From Candidatus Pacearchaeota archaeon (GTDB lineage Archaea > Nanobdellota > Nanobdellia > Pacearchaeales > GW2011-AR1), in contig JAGLOA010000002.1 in NCBI GenBank assembly GCA_023139205.1, positions 27,530 to 91,529 on the forward strand: 64,000 bases of DNA, in the 5' to 3' direction. The notes below the pieces were generated by a model that searched no databases, had not been told where the DNA came from, and worked only from the letters and a program-made list of their open reading frames with translations. A program made the translations under genes and the position numbers. Shown here one piece after another: positions 10,177 through 18,878 of the stretch (position 1 is its first letter; each line of letters begins with the position of its first letter).

Positions 10177-10383
10177 ATGGATATAACAACAATTCAATTA
10201 AGTAAAGAAACAAAGGAAAAAATAAGTTCTTTTGGAGTAAAAGGGGAAAGTTATGATGAAATTCTTAAAAGGATTTATTCATTAGCTGTGAAAGAACAAA
10301 TAAAAGAATTCTTAATGTCTGATAAAGGATTTATTCCAATTGAAGAGGCTATAAAAGAAGCAGACAAAAAATGGCCAAAGTAA
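10177..10383 (+). CDS. putative antitoxin, partner of the downstream RelE/ParE-like toxin
   Basis: 68-aa ORF overlapping the toxin gene by 13 nt. N-terminal ITTIQLSKETKEKI resembles an RHH/AbrB-type beta-strand. Confidence 0.4.
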   Translation: MDITTIQLSKETKEKISSFGVKGESYDEILKRIYSLAVKEQIKEFLMSDKGFIPIEEAIKEADKKWPK

Positions 10384-10709
10384 GTATTGCTGAAATTCTT
10401 AAAAATGAGATTCTAAAGAAGTTCAAAGAGGAATCCAAAACAATTTTTAGACAAATGTATTCTTTAGAAAATAATCCAAGAAAAGGAAAATTGTTAGGAA
10501 GTGTTGGGGGAATTGTTATCAAAGAATTAAAATACAAATCTTTTAGATTTTATTTTGTTACTGATGGACATAAATTGAAATTTTTTGATGAAGAAAATTT
10601 AACCGATATATTAATAAGATTCGTGAGAATGTCTAATAAAAAATATCAACAAAAAACTATTAATGAGATTAAAGAAGTGTTAATTAATCTTGGTTTAGAG
10701 GGATTTTAA
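10371..10709 (+). CDS. RelE/ParE-family type II toxin
   Basis: …SLENNPRKGKLLGSVGGIVIKELKYKSFRFYFVTDGHKLKF… matches the RelE/ParE core (ENP..G..L.G…ELR…RiiY..D). 112 aa. Confidence 0.55.
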   Translation: MAKVSIAEILKNEILKKFKEESKTIFRQMYSLENNPRKGKLLGSVGGIVIKELKYKSFRFYFVTDGHKLKFFDEENLTDILIRFVRMSNKKYQQKTINEIKEVLINLGLEGF

Positions 10710-10763
10710 TGAAATTACTTCCAAAATTGGATAGCACTTTATGATGTGTTTTATACTAAGATA

Positions 10764-10834
10764 TGGTCCATACAGGAATCGGACCTGTGTCTTCTCGGTG
10801 TAAACGAGATGTTCTACCATTAGACTAATGGACC
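10764..10834 (-). tRNA. tRNA-Val (anticodon TAC)
   Basis: Perfect acceptor GGTCCAT/ATGGACC, anticodon stem TCTCG/CGAGA, loop TTTACAC, T arm ACAGG-TCCGATT-CCTGT, discriminator A. Confidence 0.8.
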
Positions 10835-10912
10835 ATTGATAATATAATTAATTAATGACTTTTAAATTTGTCTATTCGCAAACTTTATATATGGTTTCAT
10901 CTCTTTTTCATT

Positions 10913-12457
10913 ATGGAATCAGATAAAACAGAACAAGATATTCCTGAAATGAATCTTGACAAAAAGTATTCTAATAAAAAGCCAGTTGTTCAGGAAAATT
11001 CTGAGGAAAATAAGAAAGAAATGGAAAAGACGAAAAAAGAGCTTGAGAAATTAAAATCATTTATTGTAAAAAAATATTCTTATACTAAATCTATTAGTAT
11101 TTTGCCTCCAGCTTCAATTAAACTTTTTATTGAAGAAGAGGAAGTCCCAAAAGAAACTGAAAAACATATCCATCTTTACATGATTATTCCTGAAGATAAA
11201 ATCAAACAAATTCCTAAGATGAAAGAAGAAATAATTAAGCAGATAGGGAAAGAAAAAATCTGGGTTCAAATTAAAAGTCCAGTTGATGTTTGGGAAAATT
11301 GTTTAGATAGTAAGTTTGAGTTGACAGGTGCAATTGCAATGTCTTTTCCACTTTATGATAAAGGTCTTTTAGGTGCTTTGAGAGTTGCTGAAATTCATAA
11401 GTCCTTGGTTTTGCAAAAGTTTGAGAAATATGTTGTGAGTTATGTTATTGGGGGAAGTTTGGTTAGGGGAGAAGCTATTAAAACTTCTGATGTAGATGTG
11501 TTTGTAATTATTAATGATACTGATGTTAAAAGAATGCCGAGGCTTGAATTAAAGGAGAGATTAAGAGGAATAATTTACCAATATGTTGCAGAGGCTTCTG
11601 CTCTTGCAGGTGTTAAAAATAAACTTGAACCGCAGATTTATCTTTTAACTGATTTTTGGGAAAGTGTTAAAGATGCTCATCCTGTTATTTTTACTTTTAT
11701 CAGGGACGGTATTCCTATTTATGACAGAGGAACATTTATGCCTTGGAAAGCTTTATTGAAAATGGGTAAACTTAAACCATCTCCAGAAGCTATTGATATG
11801 TTTATGTCTATGGGAGATAAAACTGTTAAAAGGGCTAAAAGTGCTTTGCTTGATATTTTAATTCATGAAATTTATTGGGGAATCACAACGCCTAGTCAGG
11901 CTCTATTAATGCTTTATGGATTACCCCCCCCAACTCCAAAACAAATTGTTCCTGAAATGAAAAAAGTATTTGTTGAAAAGGAGAAAATGTTAGAGAAAAA
12001 ATATGTAGATATTCTTGAAAAAGTTGTTGGAATTTACAAGGATTATGAACATGAGAAAATTAAAGAAATTAAAGGTGTGGAAATTGATAAAATCCTGAAG
12101 GATACTGAAGATTATTTGAAAAGGCTTAAAGAATTAAGAGAGCAAATTGAGAAAAGAGCTCAGGAAAAAACAATTGAACAAATTTACAAGGACACCTTTG
12201 AACTTTTGAAAGCTATGTTTGGAAGAAAATCTCAGGATGCGATTATCCAGGAGTTTGAGAAAAATTTTGTTAAGAAAGGTAAATTTTCTCAGCAACATTT
12301 GAGAATTTTGAAGAATATTATCACTGCTAAAACAGAGTTTAAAAAAGGTAAATTAAATTCTCATAAAGTTGATGAAGCAAGGAAAAACGCATCGATTTTG
12401 ATTAATGATTTGATCGAGTATAATCAAAGGTGTGATCTGGTTAATAATAAGAAATAA
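10913..12457 (+). CDS. Pol-beta superfamily nucleotidyltransferase with a large C-terminal helical domain (paralogue of 15901..16824)
   Basis: GGSLVRGEAIKTSDVDVFVI is the GS-x9-DxD nucleotidyltransferase motif. Downstream segments (GKLKPSPEAIDMF, YWGITTPSQALLMLYGLPPPTPKQIVPEMKKVFV, EIKGVEIDKILKDTEDYLKRLKE) are clearly homologous to the 15901..16824 protein. ATG at 10913; the listed ORF starts at an upstream TTG. Confidence 0.6.
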   Translation: MESDKTEQDIPEMNLDKKYSNKKPVVQENSEENKKEMEKTKKELEKLKSFIVKKYSYTKSISILPPASIKLFIEEEEVPKETEKHIHLYMIIPEDKIKQIPKMKEEIIKQIGKEKIWVQIKSPVDVWENCLDSKFELTGAIAMSFPLYDKGLLGALRVAEIHKSLVLQKFEKYVVSYVIGGSLVRGEAIKTSDVDVFVIINDTDVKRMPRLELKERLRGIIYQYVAEASALAGVKNKLEPQIYLLTDFWESVKDAHPVIFTFIRDGIPIYDRGTFMPWKALLKMGKLKPSPEAIDMFMSMGDKTVKRAKSALLDILIHEIYWGITTPSQALLMLYGLPPPTPKQIVPEMKKVFVEKEKMLEKKYVDILEKVVGIYKDYEHEKIKEIKGVEIDKILKDTEDYLKRLKELREQIEKRAQEKTIEQIYKDTFELLKAMFGRKSQDAIIQEFEKNFVKKGKFSQQHLRILKNIITAKTEFKKGKLNSHKVDEARKNASILINDLIEYNQRCDLVNNKK

Positions 12458-12489
12458 AGTTCATTAGCAATCTTTTTAAACTAATTTTA

Positions 12490-12762
12490 TTGGTATTTAT
12501 AATGGTAAAGGCAAAAGTAATTCAATTTCGAAGGGGAAGGCACACAATTCATGAGAGGCATTTTTTAATAGAAATAGAGGGAACTGAAACAAGGAAAGAT
12601 GCTGGAAAGTTTGTTGGGAAGAGTGTTGAGTGGAAGTCTCCGGCTGGGAAAATAATTAAGGGCAAGATTTCATCTGCTCATGGAAATAAAGGTGTTGTGA
12701 GAGCTATTTTTGAGAAGGGTCTTCCAGGGCAGGCTGTTACAACAAGTGTGGAGATAAAATGA
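12490..12762 (+). CDS. rpl35ae: ribosomal protein L35Ae
   Basis: 90 aa. FRRGRHTIHERHFLIEIEG…GKISSAHGNKGVVRAIFEKGLPGQA fits the L35Ae family. Confidence 0.85.
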   Translation: MVFIMVKAKVIQFRRGRHTIHERHFLIEIEGTETRKDAGKFVGKSVEWKSPAGKIIKGKISSAHGNKGVVRAIFEKGLPGQAVTTSVEIK

Positions 12763-13028
12763 AAATCTTTAATTTGGAAAATGAAGATAAAAAAAATGTC
12801 CCGGTTACATTAGTTGAAAATATTTCTTATGAAACTGGGGAAAAAATGCTTCTTGATGAATTGGATGATAATAGGAAGTATCGTCTTAGAATTAGACGTG
12901 ATAAAGGTATTGTTTATTATCCCTCTTCTAGTTTTCCAAAGAGAAATCTTAAGTTAGAAATACAATGTTTAAATTTACTTGGAATTTCTGGAGAATATTT
13001 TGTTGCTCCAAAAAGAGGAAGGAAATAA
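12759..13028 (+). CDS. hypothetical protein
   Basis: 89-aa ORF overlapping the rpl35ae stop by 4 nt (ATGA). Basic C-terminus. Confidence 0.3.
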   Translation: MKIFNLENEDKKNVPVTLVENISYETGEKMLLDELDDNRKYRLRIRRDKGIVYYPSSSFPKRNLKLEIQCLNLLGISGEYFVAPKRGRK

Positions 13029-13029
13029 A

Positions 13030-13221
13030 ATGACTTGTGAATATTATGGAAATTGTGAAGATCGAAAAGATTTTTTAGATTCTGGAAGTTCTTCTTTTAA
13101 AAAATGGGAATCTCAATATTGTAAGAGAGAAGGAAATTTTTGTTCAACAAAGTTAATTTTAAATAAAAGAAAGAATGGAGTTTGGGATAATGTAGAATTG
13201 CTTGAGGAGGTTAAATTATAA
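13030..13221 (+). CDS. small Cys-rich hypothetical protein
   Basis: ATG at 13030. MTCEYYGNCEDRKDF…YCKREGNFCST contains 5 Cys. Confidence 0.25.
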   Translation: MTCEYYGNCEDRKDFLDSGSSSFKKWESQYCKREGNFCSTKLILNKRKNGVWDNVELLEEVKL

Positions 13222-13222
13222 A

Positions 13223-13783
13223 ATGGCATCATTAAGAAAAGCAACAGCGTATTCAAAGAAAAAAGTTGTTCCTTATACAAGAGTTAGTAAGAAAGCTAAG
13301 AATTCTTTTATTAAAGCTGTTCCTCCGCAAAAGATTGTGAAATTTACAATGGGTAAAGAACCTCTTTATAGAAGGGGGAAACTTATTCATTGTTTGACTG
13401 TTGTGACGGCAGAAAAAATTCAAGTAAGGCATAATGCTCTTGAAGCTTGCAGGCAATATATTAATAAAAAATTAGACAAAGAACTTGCAGGTCAATATTA
13501 TTTTAAGATTCTTCCTTATACTCATCATGTTCAAAGAGAAAACAGAATGCTTACTGGTGCAGGTGCAGACAGAATGCAGACAGGTATGCAGTTAGCTTTT
13601 GGAAAATCAATGGGTAAATCTGCTATTATGAAAAAAAATGGGAGATTGTTTTTTATTGCTGTTCCAAATGAAAAAGCACTTAGTTTTACAAGAGGTGTTT
13701 TAAAACAAATAAGATCAAAGCTTCCCTGCAAGATAAAAGTTCTTTATGAGAAATTTCTAGAAAGTAATATTACTCTTAAGTGA
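13223..13783 (+). CDS. rpl10e: ribosomal protein L10e (uL16)
   Basis: ATG at 13223 sits 13 nt after a GGAGG Shine-Dalgarno-like motif. MASLRKATAYSKKKVVPYTRVSKK… and the conserved middle region match L10e/L16. Confidence 0.9.
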   Translation: MASLRKATAYSKKKVVPYTRVSKKAKNSFIKAVPPQKIVKFTMGKEPLYRRGKLIHCLTVVTAEKIQVRHNALEACRQYINKKLDKELAGQYYFKILPYTHHVQRENRMLTGAGADRMQTGMQLAFGKSMGKSAIMKKNGRLFFIAVPNEKALSFTRGVLKQIRSKLPCKIKVLYEKFLESNITLK

Positions 13784-13826
13784 TAACATTAGAAAGGTTT
13801 ATAAATCTTAAATTGATTGAAAATTT

Positions 13827-14828
13827 ATGACAGATTTAGGAAGTGTTTTAGGAGTAATTTCTGCAGTTGCAGTACCTGCTTCTTTAGGAGTTCAATATCT
13901 TAGAGGTAAATGGCCTTTTACTCCTAATGATGATAATGTTTATTTGATTACTCAGTATCTTACAGGTCATAAAGGCCCAGCATTAAAACCAAATAGGCCT
14001 GGTTTTTTTCCTTTTCCCATTCTTAAGTTCGTAAAAGATAAAGATGAAAATCCTGTAAAGGTTCCAGGAATAGTTCGGGATGTTGATTCTAAATTTCATT
14101 TTAGGACAAATGATAATTTTGAGGGAGATCAGAATATACAATATACTTATGTTATTCCTGATGATAAATGTGCCAAAAAATTTTATTGGAAGACAAAACA
14201 AAATAGAGGTATTATTGACGAGGTGGTTCATTCTAAAATTGCTAAAGAGGTTGGAAAAAGAAATGCAGACGATCTCCCAAAAGAAGAAGAAGCTTATTTG
14301 GATCGCCTTGTTTTAGAGGATATAGGGAAAAAAAGTTTTGACAATTATTTGTATTCAGAGTATGGGGTGATTATAACTAAGATCTCTAGTTCAACTCCTG
14401 ATTTTGTTCCTGATGCTCAAAGAATTCTTTCAAGGGTTCCAGAGGCTGAAAGAAAAGCTCAAGAAGAGATAATTAATGCTAAAGCTACATCTGAGATTGT
14501 GAGGACACTTTATGCTACTGCAGAAGAGACAGTAAAATTAACTGGAATGAGACCTGGAAATGTTGGTTATAAACAAGCTTGCCTTGATCAATTTAATATT
14601 TATTATAAAATGGAGACACTTCAAAAATTTGATGGTTCGAGTATTATCATTGATGCAACTGAACGTGGAGCGAATAAAGTTCCCTTTGAGAAAAGAAGGA
14701 GCAATAAACAAGAGCCAGAAACTCCAACTCCCCCTCAAGATAATGGACCTTCTTTGGAAAAAGAAAGTTCAGAACCAGAAGTAAAACAAAAGACTCCAAA
14801 AGATACTTTAGAAGATTTACTTACTTAA
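13827..14828 (+). CDS. hypothetical protein (333 aa) with a Pro/Glu-rich tail
   Basis: No recognised motif. Visibly higher GC than its neighbours. C-terminal PETPTPPQDNGPSLEKESSEPE low-complexity tail. Confidence 0.4.
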   Translation: MTDLGSVLGVISAVAVPASLGVQYLRGKWPFTPNDDNVYLITQYLTGHKGPALKPNRPGFFPFPILKFVKDKDENPVKVPGIVRDVDSKFHFRTNDNFEGDQNIQYTYVIPDDKCAKKFYWKTKQNRGIIDEVVHSKIAKEVGKRNADDLPKEEEAYLDRLVLEDIGKKSFDNYLYSEYGVIITKISSSTPDFVPDAQRILSRVPEAERKAQEEIINAKATSEIVRTLYATAEETVKLTGMRPGNVGYKQACLDQFNIYYKMETLQKFDGSSIIIDATERGANKVPFEKRRSNKQEPETPTPPQDNGPSLEKESSEPEVKQKTPKDTLEDLLT

Positions 14829-14885
14829 TACTCTTGAGTAGTAACAAATAGAAAAGTTTATAAAGTTTAAATTAAGATAAATAAT

Positions 14886-15467
14886 ATGGAAAAAGAACAA
14901 AAATTAAGTGATAAAGAAATGAGAGAATTAACTAGAAAATATTCTTTAGAAACTTTAGGTCATCAATCTTTATGGATGTATGCTCTTCCTAAATTAGTTA
15001 CTAAAGAACAATATGGGGATATGGCTCAGTTTGTTCAAGAAAATTATCAACAATTCATACAAAAAGCTCCAGATCAAAAATCTTATGAGCTTTTATTTGC
15101 TCCACTTCGTGAATCTGAAGATGGAACAGTTAGTAACCCACTTATACAAAAAACAGCCGCATTAAACCTTAAACATTCTATTATGGGTTTATATGTTCAA
15201 GAGGTGTTATCTGATGTTGGTTCTGATAAAAAAGTTAAAGGAGAATATGGAGGAAAATTTGTTGGAGAACTTTCTGAAAAAGAAAGGCAAGTTGTTGTTG
15301 AAATGTATATGCAAGACTTAATTAGAAGACAAGTCTCTAAAGTTTTATCAAAACCTTCTGGAGAAATTGCTGGAGGATTAGAACAAATCTTAAGTGGCAC
15401 TAAACCAGAAAAAAAGAATTCAATGCCAGTAGATTTTGAACCAGAGGAATTAAAACAAGCAGCTTGA
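14886..15467 (+). CDS. hypothetical protein (193 aa)
   Basis: ORF with Q/E-rich composition and no motif recognised. Confidence 0.4.
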   Translation: MEKEQKLSDKEMRELTRKYSLETLGHQSLWMYALPKLVTKEQYGDMAQFVQENYQQFIQKAPDQKSYELLFAPLRESEDGTVSNPLIQKTAALNLKHSIMGLYVQEVLSDVGSDKKVKGEYGGKFVGELSEKERQVVVEMYMQDLIRRQVSKVLSKPSGEIAGGLEQILSGTKPEKKNSMPVDFEPEELKQAA

Positions 15468-15522
15468 AATTATTATATTTTTTAATAGAAAACTTCTTAA
15501 ACTTTAGAGAATTATATTTTGT

Positions 15523-15672
15523 ATGGAAAAACAGATGATTAAAATATCTAGAAAAGAATATGAGGGGATGAAAGAAACTATAGAAATATTACAAGACCCA
15601 GAAATGATGTCTCAAATTTTAGAGAGTGAAAAAAATGTAAAAGAAGGGAATTTAAAAGAATTAGAGATTTAA
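15523..15672 (+). CDS. short Phd/YefM-type antitoxin-like ORF (49 aa)
   Basis: Not in the ORF track because it is under 60 aa. Translation MEKQMIKISRKEYEGMKETIEILQDPEMMSQILESEKNVKEGNLKELEI. The …TIEILQDPEMM…NVKEG… stretch is the characteristic C-terminal motif of Phd/YefM antitoxins. Confidence 0.35.
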   Translation: MEKQMIKISRKEYEGMKETIEILQDPEMMSQILESEKNVKEGNLKELEI

Positions 15673-15697
15673 TATATTTTATGTGTTCCAATAGCTT

Positions 15698-15886
15698 CTA
15701 TGATAATTTTTTGGTTGTAATCATCAATATTATATGCTTCCTAATATTAGAACTTAACCAACAACTCCATTTTCCTTTTAATCTTCCGTATAGTTTATGT
15801 GCATCAAGTTCTTTTTTTGGGTTATTTTTTAATTTCTCTAATTTATTTTTAATATCTTTTCTTAGACTTAAATACATTAGCTGCAT
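15698..15886 (-). pseudogene. RelE/YoeB-like toxin remnant
   Basis: …NNPKKELDAHKLYGRLKGKWSCWLSSNIR… matches the RelE/YoeB core (ENP…G..L.G.L.G.WS.RI) but the C-terminus is degenerate. It converges on the antitoxin-like ORF 25 nt away and directly follows the NTase gene on the same strand. Confidence 0.3.
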
Positions 15887-15900
15887 ATATTCTATACCTC

Positions 15901-16824
15901 TTAGTTAATTAATTCTTTCACTAACTTAGCCATTACATTAAGAAATTCTTCTGTTTTTTGCTGCCAATCATCTATTTCCACACCTTTCAAATCTTTTATT
16001 TCTCCGTGTGCAATTTTTTTGTGAAGTATTAGTAAGTCTCTATACCAAAGTACATACTTTATTTTTAATTTCCCTGTATTTACAAAAATTTCTTTTAGGT
16101 CTACTGGAATATGTTCTGGAGAAGGAGGTGAGACCTTTGCTGCGATTAATGCTGCCTGAGATGAATCAACCATTGCCCAATATAATCCTTCAATTGAATT
16201 TAATTCAGCAGCTTTACTTCTTGCAATATGAATTGGGGCTCTTTGCAGGCAGTTGTAAACTGCTTCTGGTGTTGATTTTATTTTTCCTTTGATTAATAAA
16301 AATTTTAATGGTTCAAAAAATCCTGCCATGTCAATTATTGCTTCTCCATGTCTTAAAATATTTATCAGAACAGGGTCGCCTTTCATTAAATCTTCCCACC
16401 ATGTGCTTAATTTTATTGTATTAATGTGCAGACTTTTTTTATAAGGACTGCTTCTTAGAATTTTGTCAAGTTCTTCCCTATACCACGCAATTAATTCCTG
16501 GTCCCATCTTATTGAAACATCGTCGATAACAATAATAATATCAATGTCTGAGCCAACTACGGATGTTTTTTTTACTGTTGAACCAAAAAGAATTATTGAT
16601 TTAATGCTTTTGTCAAGTTTTTTATAGGCTTTTGTTGCAAAATCTGTTGCAATTGAAGTTTCTGTTTTTAGTTTTAAAGTTGGAATATCTTTTTCATTAA
16701 TTTTAAATTTCTTTTTTTTAGAAATTTTTTTCACTTTTTTAGAATTTGTTTTTTGCTTTAAATTAGATTGCTTTCTATCCTTGAGGTCTATTAGTTTAGG
16801 TAAACTCTTTTTTTTCTTCACCAT
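15901..16824 (-). CDS. Pol-beta superfamily nucleotidyltransferase, paralogue of 10913..12457
   Basis: LFGSTVKKTSVVGSDIDIIIVIDD nucleotidyltransferase motif. GKIKSTPEAVYNC, YWAMVDSSQAALIAAKVSPPSPEHIPVDLKEIFV and EIKDLKGVEIDDWQQKTEEFL are collinear with the plus-strand paralogue. Confidence 0.6.
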   Translation of the reverse strand: MVKKKKSLPKLIDLKDRKQSNLKQKTNSKKVKKISKKKKFKINEKDIPTLKLKTETSIATDFATKAYKKLDKSIKSIILFGSTVKKTSVVGSDIDIIIVIDDVSIRWDQELIAWYREELDKILRSSPYKKSLHINTIKLSTWWEDLMKGDPVLINILRHGEAIIDMAGFFEPLKFLLIKGKIKSTPEAVYNCLQRAPIHIARSKAAELNSIEGLYWAMVDSSQAALIAAKVSPPSPEHIPVDLKEIFVNTGKLKIKYVLWYRDLLILHKKIAHGEIKDLKGVEIDDWQQKTEEFLNVMAKLVKELIN

Positions 16825-16857
16825 CTTTTAAATTTAACGTTTGTTTAGTTTTTAAAA

Positions 16858-18627
16858 TTATTCCATTGGTCTTCCGCTCATCCTACTTCCTGTTCCACCT
16901 GCTTGTCCTCCAAGTTCCTGAGGAAGTTGTGAAAATCCTGCCCCAAATGTTTCATAGCTTTTTTGAGGAAGCATTTGCCCGTAACCTGAAAAATATCCCT
17001 GTTGCAATGCTGATGCCTGGTTCCAGTAAGGTGACATTTGCATTGAATAAATTGGAGAACCCATAGCTTCCAAGCTAATTGGATAAGGAGACTGACCAAA
17101 CTGCTGAACAAATCCTCCTGCTTCAACAATTTTTCTTGCGTCTTTTAATGTTCCTGCTTTTTCTAATTTTTCTAAAATTTCTTTAAATGGGACATTTCCC
17201 ATTCCAGGAGGCAAGTGGCTGTCACCATAACCAAAATTATCTGTTAAATGAACATGTTTTACATGTTTTGCAATCTGCTCAACTTCTTTTAATAAATCTT
17301 TATCTTCAAATCCTTTTTTCTTTGCAATATTTAAATGCCCAACATCTAAAGTCATCCCAATCATTTTATCTGCCTGCATTCTTGCTTCTGAATCTGAATA
17401 TCCTTTTTCAATAGCTTTTGCGACAAATTTTTTCTTAGATTCTGTAATTAAACTATCCATTCCTTCTCCATAAGCAAAAGCCATCCCAGGAAACAAATTT
17501 TCTATACAAATTTTTGGGGCTTTATCTTTGAATTTATCAAAAGCATTAAATGCAACATTTGCAAAAGTTTGGGAAGAATGTTTAACTGCGAAATCTTCTA
17601 TTGGAATATATAAATCTGGATTAACCCCTTTTAAATGCATCATTAATCCTTGAAGCGCTTTAGATTCTTGAGCAAGATTAAAGCCTTTTGGCAATTCGTT
17701 TTTAAATTCTTCTGATGCTTTTTCTAATTCTTTTTTTTCATCTTCTGTCCCATATTTATAAGCTTTATGAAATAATCCATTGATGTGTTGGTGGGTGTTT
17801 TGCAAATAAGTTTGGGCATTTACAAGGTGTCCATATGCTTGCTGCTGAACTGGGTTTAAAGCTTTTCTTTTTTCAAGATTTTCAAAAGTTTCTTTTAAAA
17901 TATCATCGGGGATTTGCATTATATTTTCAGAAATTATTTTATCTGCTCCTTCTTTATAATAAATAATTTGAGATAAAGAGTTGTCCCATTCACTATCATT
18001 TAAAAGTTTTAATTCTTTTTCCGGAGCACGAATTTCCGGGTCTCTTAACTTTTCCAGTGATACTCCCGGGTAATGTTTTATTTCTTCTTCAAGAGGGGCA
18101 GGTTTTCCTGTTTCCTGATTTATAACCATTAATTTTTCTACTTTTTTTCCTTCAGGAGTCATTTTATATTCTGTTCCTGGGATTCCTGCAGAATGTATTG
18201 TTATTGGCATGCCTCCTTTGTCATCCATTTCAATTGATTTTTCAACAACATCGCTTAACTGTCTTTCTGCAAGTTGTCTGTTTGATTCACTCCAACCCTG
18301 CTCTCCAATCCCAGAAGGTTCTATTAAAGGTGCATGAACAGAAATCTTGGCTCCTGTTAGTTTAGCCATACGATTTATTTCTTTAAAGTGTTGTTTAGGA
18401 ATCTGGTCAAAAACTTCTGGTTGTAATGCACCAACTTCTATTGGTACAATTCCCTGATTTAAGAGGCTATTAACTTGCTGGATTTGGTTTGCAGTATCTG
18501 GTTTTGTTGGAGCTCCTAATTCACTTGCTGTAACATGATATCCTGTAAAAACATCTCCATAAGAAGGACTTAAAGATGAATATCCTCCTTGATAAATATT
18601 GCCAATAGTGTAACCCTCTTTTGTCAT
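16858..18627 (-). CDS. xylose-isomerase-like TIM-barrel protein (sugar-phosphate isomerase / AP-endonuclease-2 superfamily) with a large insertion and a Q/Y/G/S-rich low-complexity C-terminus
   Basis: Barrel motifs AKISVHAPL, ICIENLFPG, DVGHLNIA and VHLTDNFGYGDSHLPPGMGNVPF. About 180 aa are inserted between the barrel halves. The terminal ~90 aa (FGQSPYPISLEAMGSPIYSMQMSPYWNQASALQQGYFSGYGQMLPQ…GGQAGGTGS) is prion-like low complexity. GC content is visibly elevated. Confidence 0.55.
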   Translation of the reverse strand: MTKEGYTIGNIYQGGYSSLSPSYGDVFTGYHVTASELGAPTKPDTANQIQQVNSLLNQGIVPIEVGALQPEVFDQIPKQHFKEINRMAKLTGAKISVHAPLIEPSGIGEQGWSESNRQLAERQLSDVVEKSIEMDDKGGMPITIHSAGIPGTEYKMTPEGKKVEKLMVINQETGKPAPLEEEIKHYPGVSLEKLRDPEIRAPEKELKLLNDSEWDNSLSQIIYYKEGADKIISENIMQIPDDILKETFENLEKRKALNPVQQQAYGHLVNAQTYLQNTHQHINGLFHKAYKYGTEDEKKELEKASEEFKNELPKGFNLAQESKALQGLMMHLKGVNPDLYIPIEDFAVKHSSQTFANVAFNAFDKFKDKAPKICIENLFPGMAFAYGEGMDSLITESKKKFVAKAIEKGYSDSEARMQADKMIGMTLDVGHLNIAKKKGFEDKDLLKEVEQIAKHVKHVHLTDNFGYGDSHLPPGMGNVPFKEILEKLEKAGTLKDARKIVEAGGFVQQFGQSPYPISLEAMGSPIYSMQMSPYWNQASALQQGYFSGYGQMLPQKSYETFGAGFSQLPQELGGQAGGTGSRMSGRPME

Positions 18628-18878
18628 ATTTTTTATAGTGAAAAAATGTTTATATAATTATTGGATTAAAGATTGTAAGGATTAAATTTCATAGAGATGT
18701 ATTCTCCATTATATTTGATAGAATTAAGGTTGTATAAATCTTTTGGGGTTGTTGCTGATTTTACATCATATTCTTTCTTTTTAGGAATCTTATATGGTTT
18801 TGGGATATTTCCCTGCATAAATGCTCCTAAATCTATAAATTCCATAAAATTAGATTAAGTTTTAATTAATAAATTTAT

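Noticed and set aside
10868-10912. N-terminal 15 residues of the listed ORF 10868..12457 (MSIRKLYIWFHLFFI)
   Set aside because: It begins at a TTG. The first ATG (10913) gives a more plausible hydrophilic N-terminus, so the extension is probably not translated.
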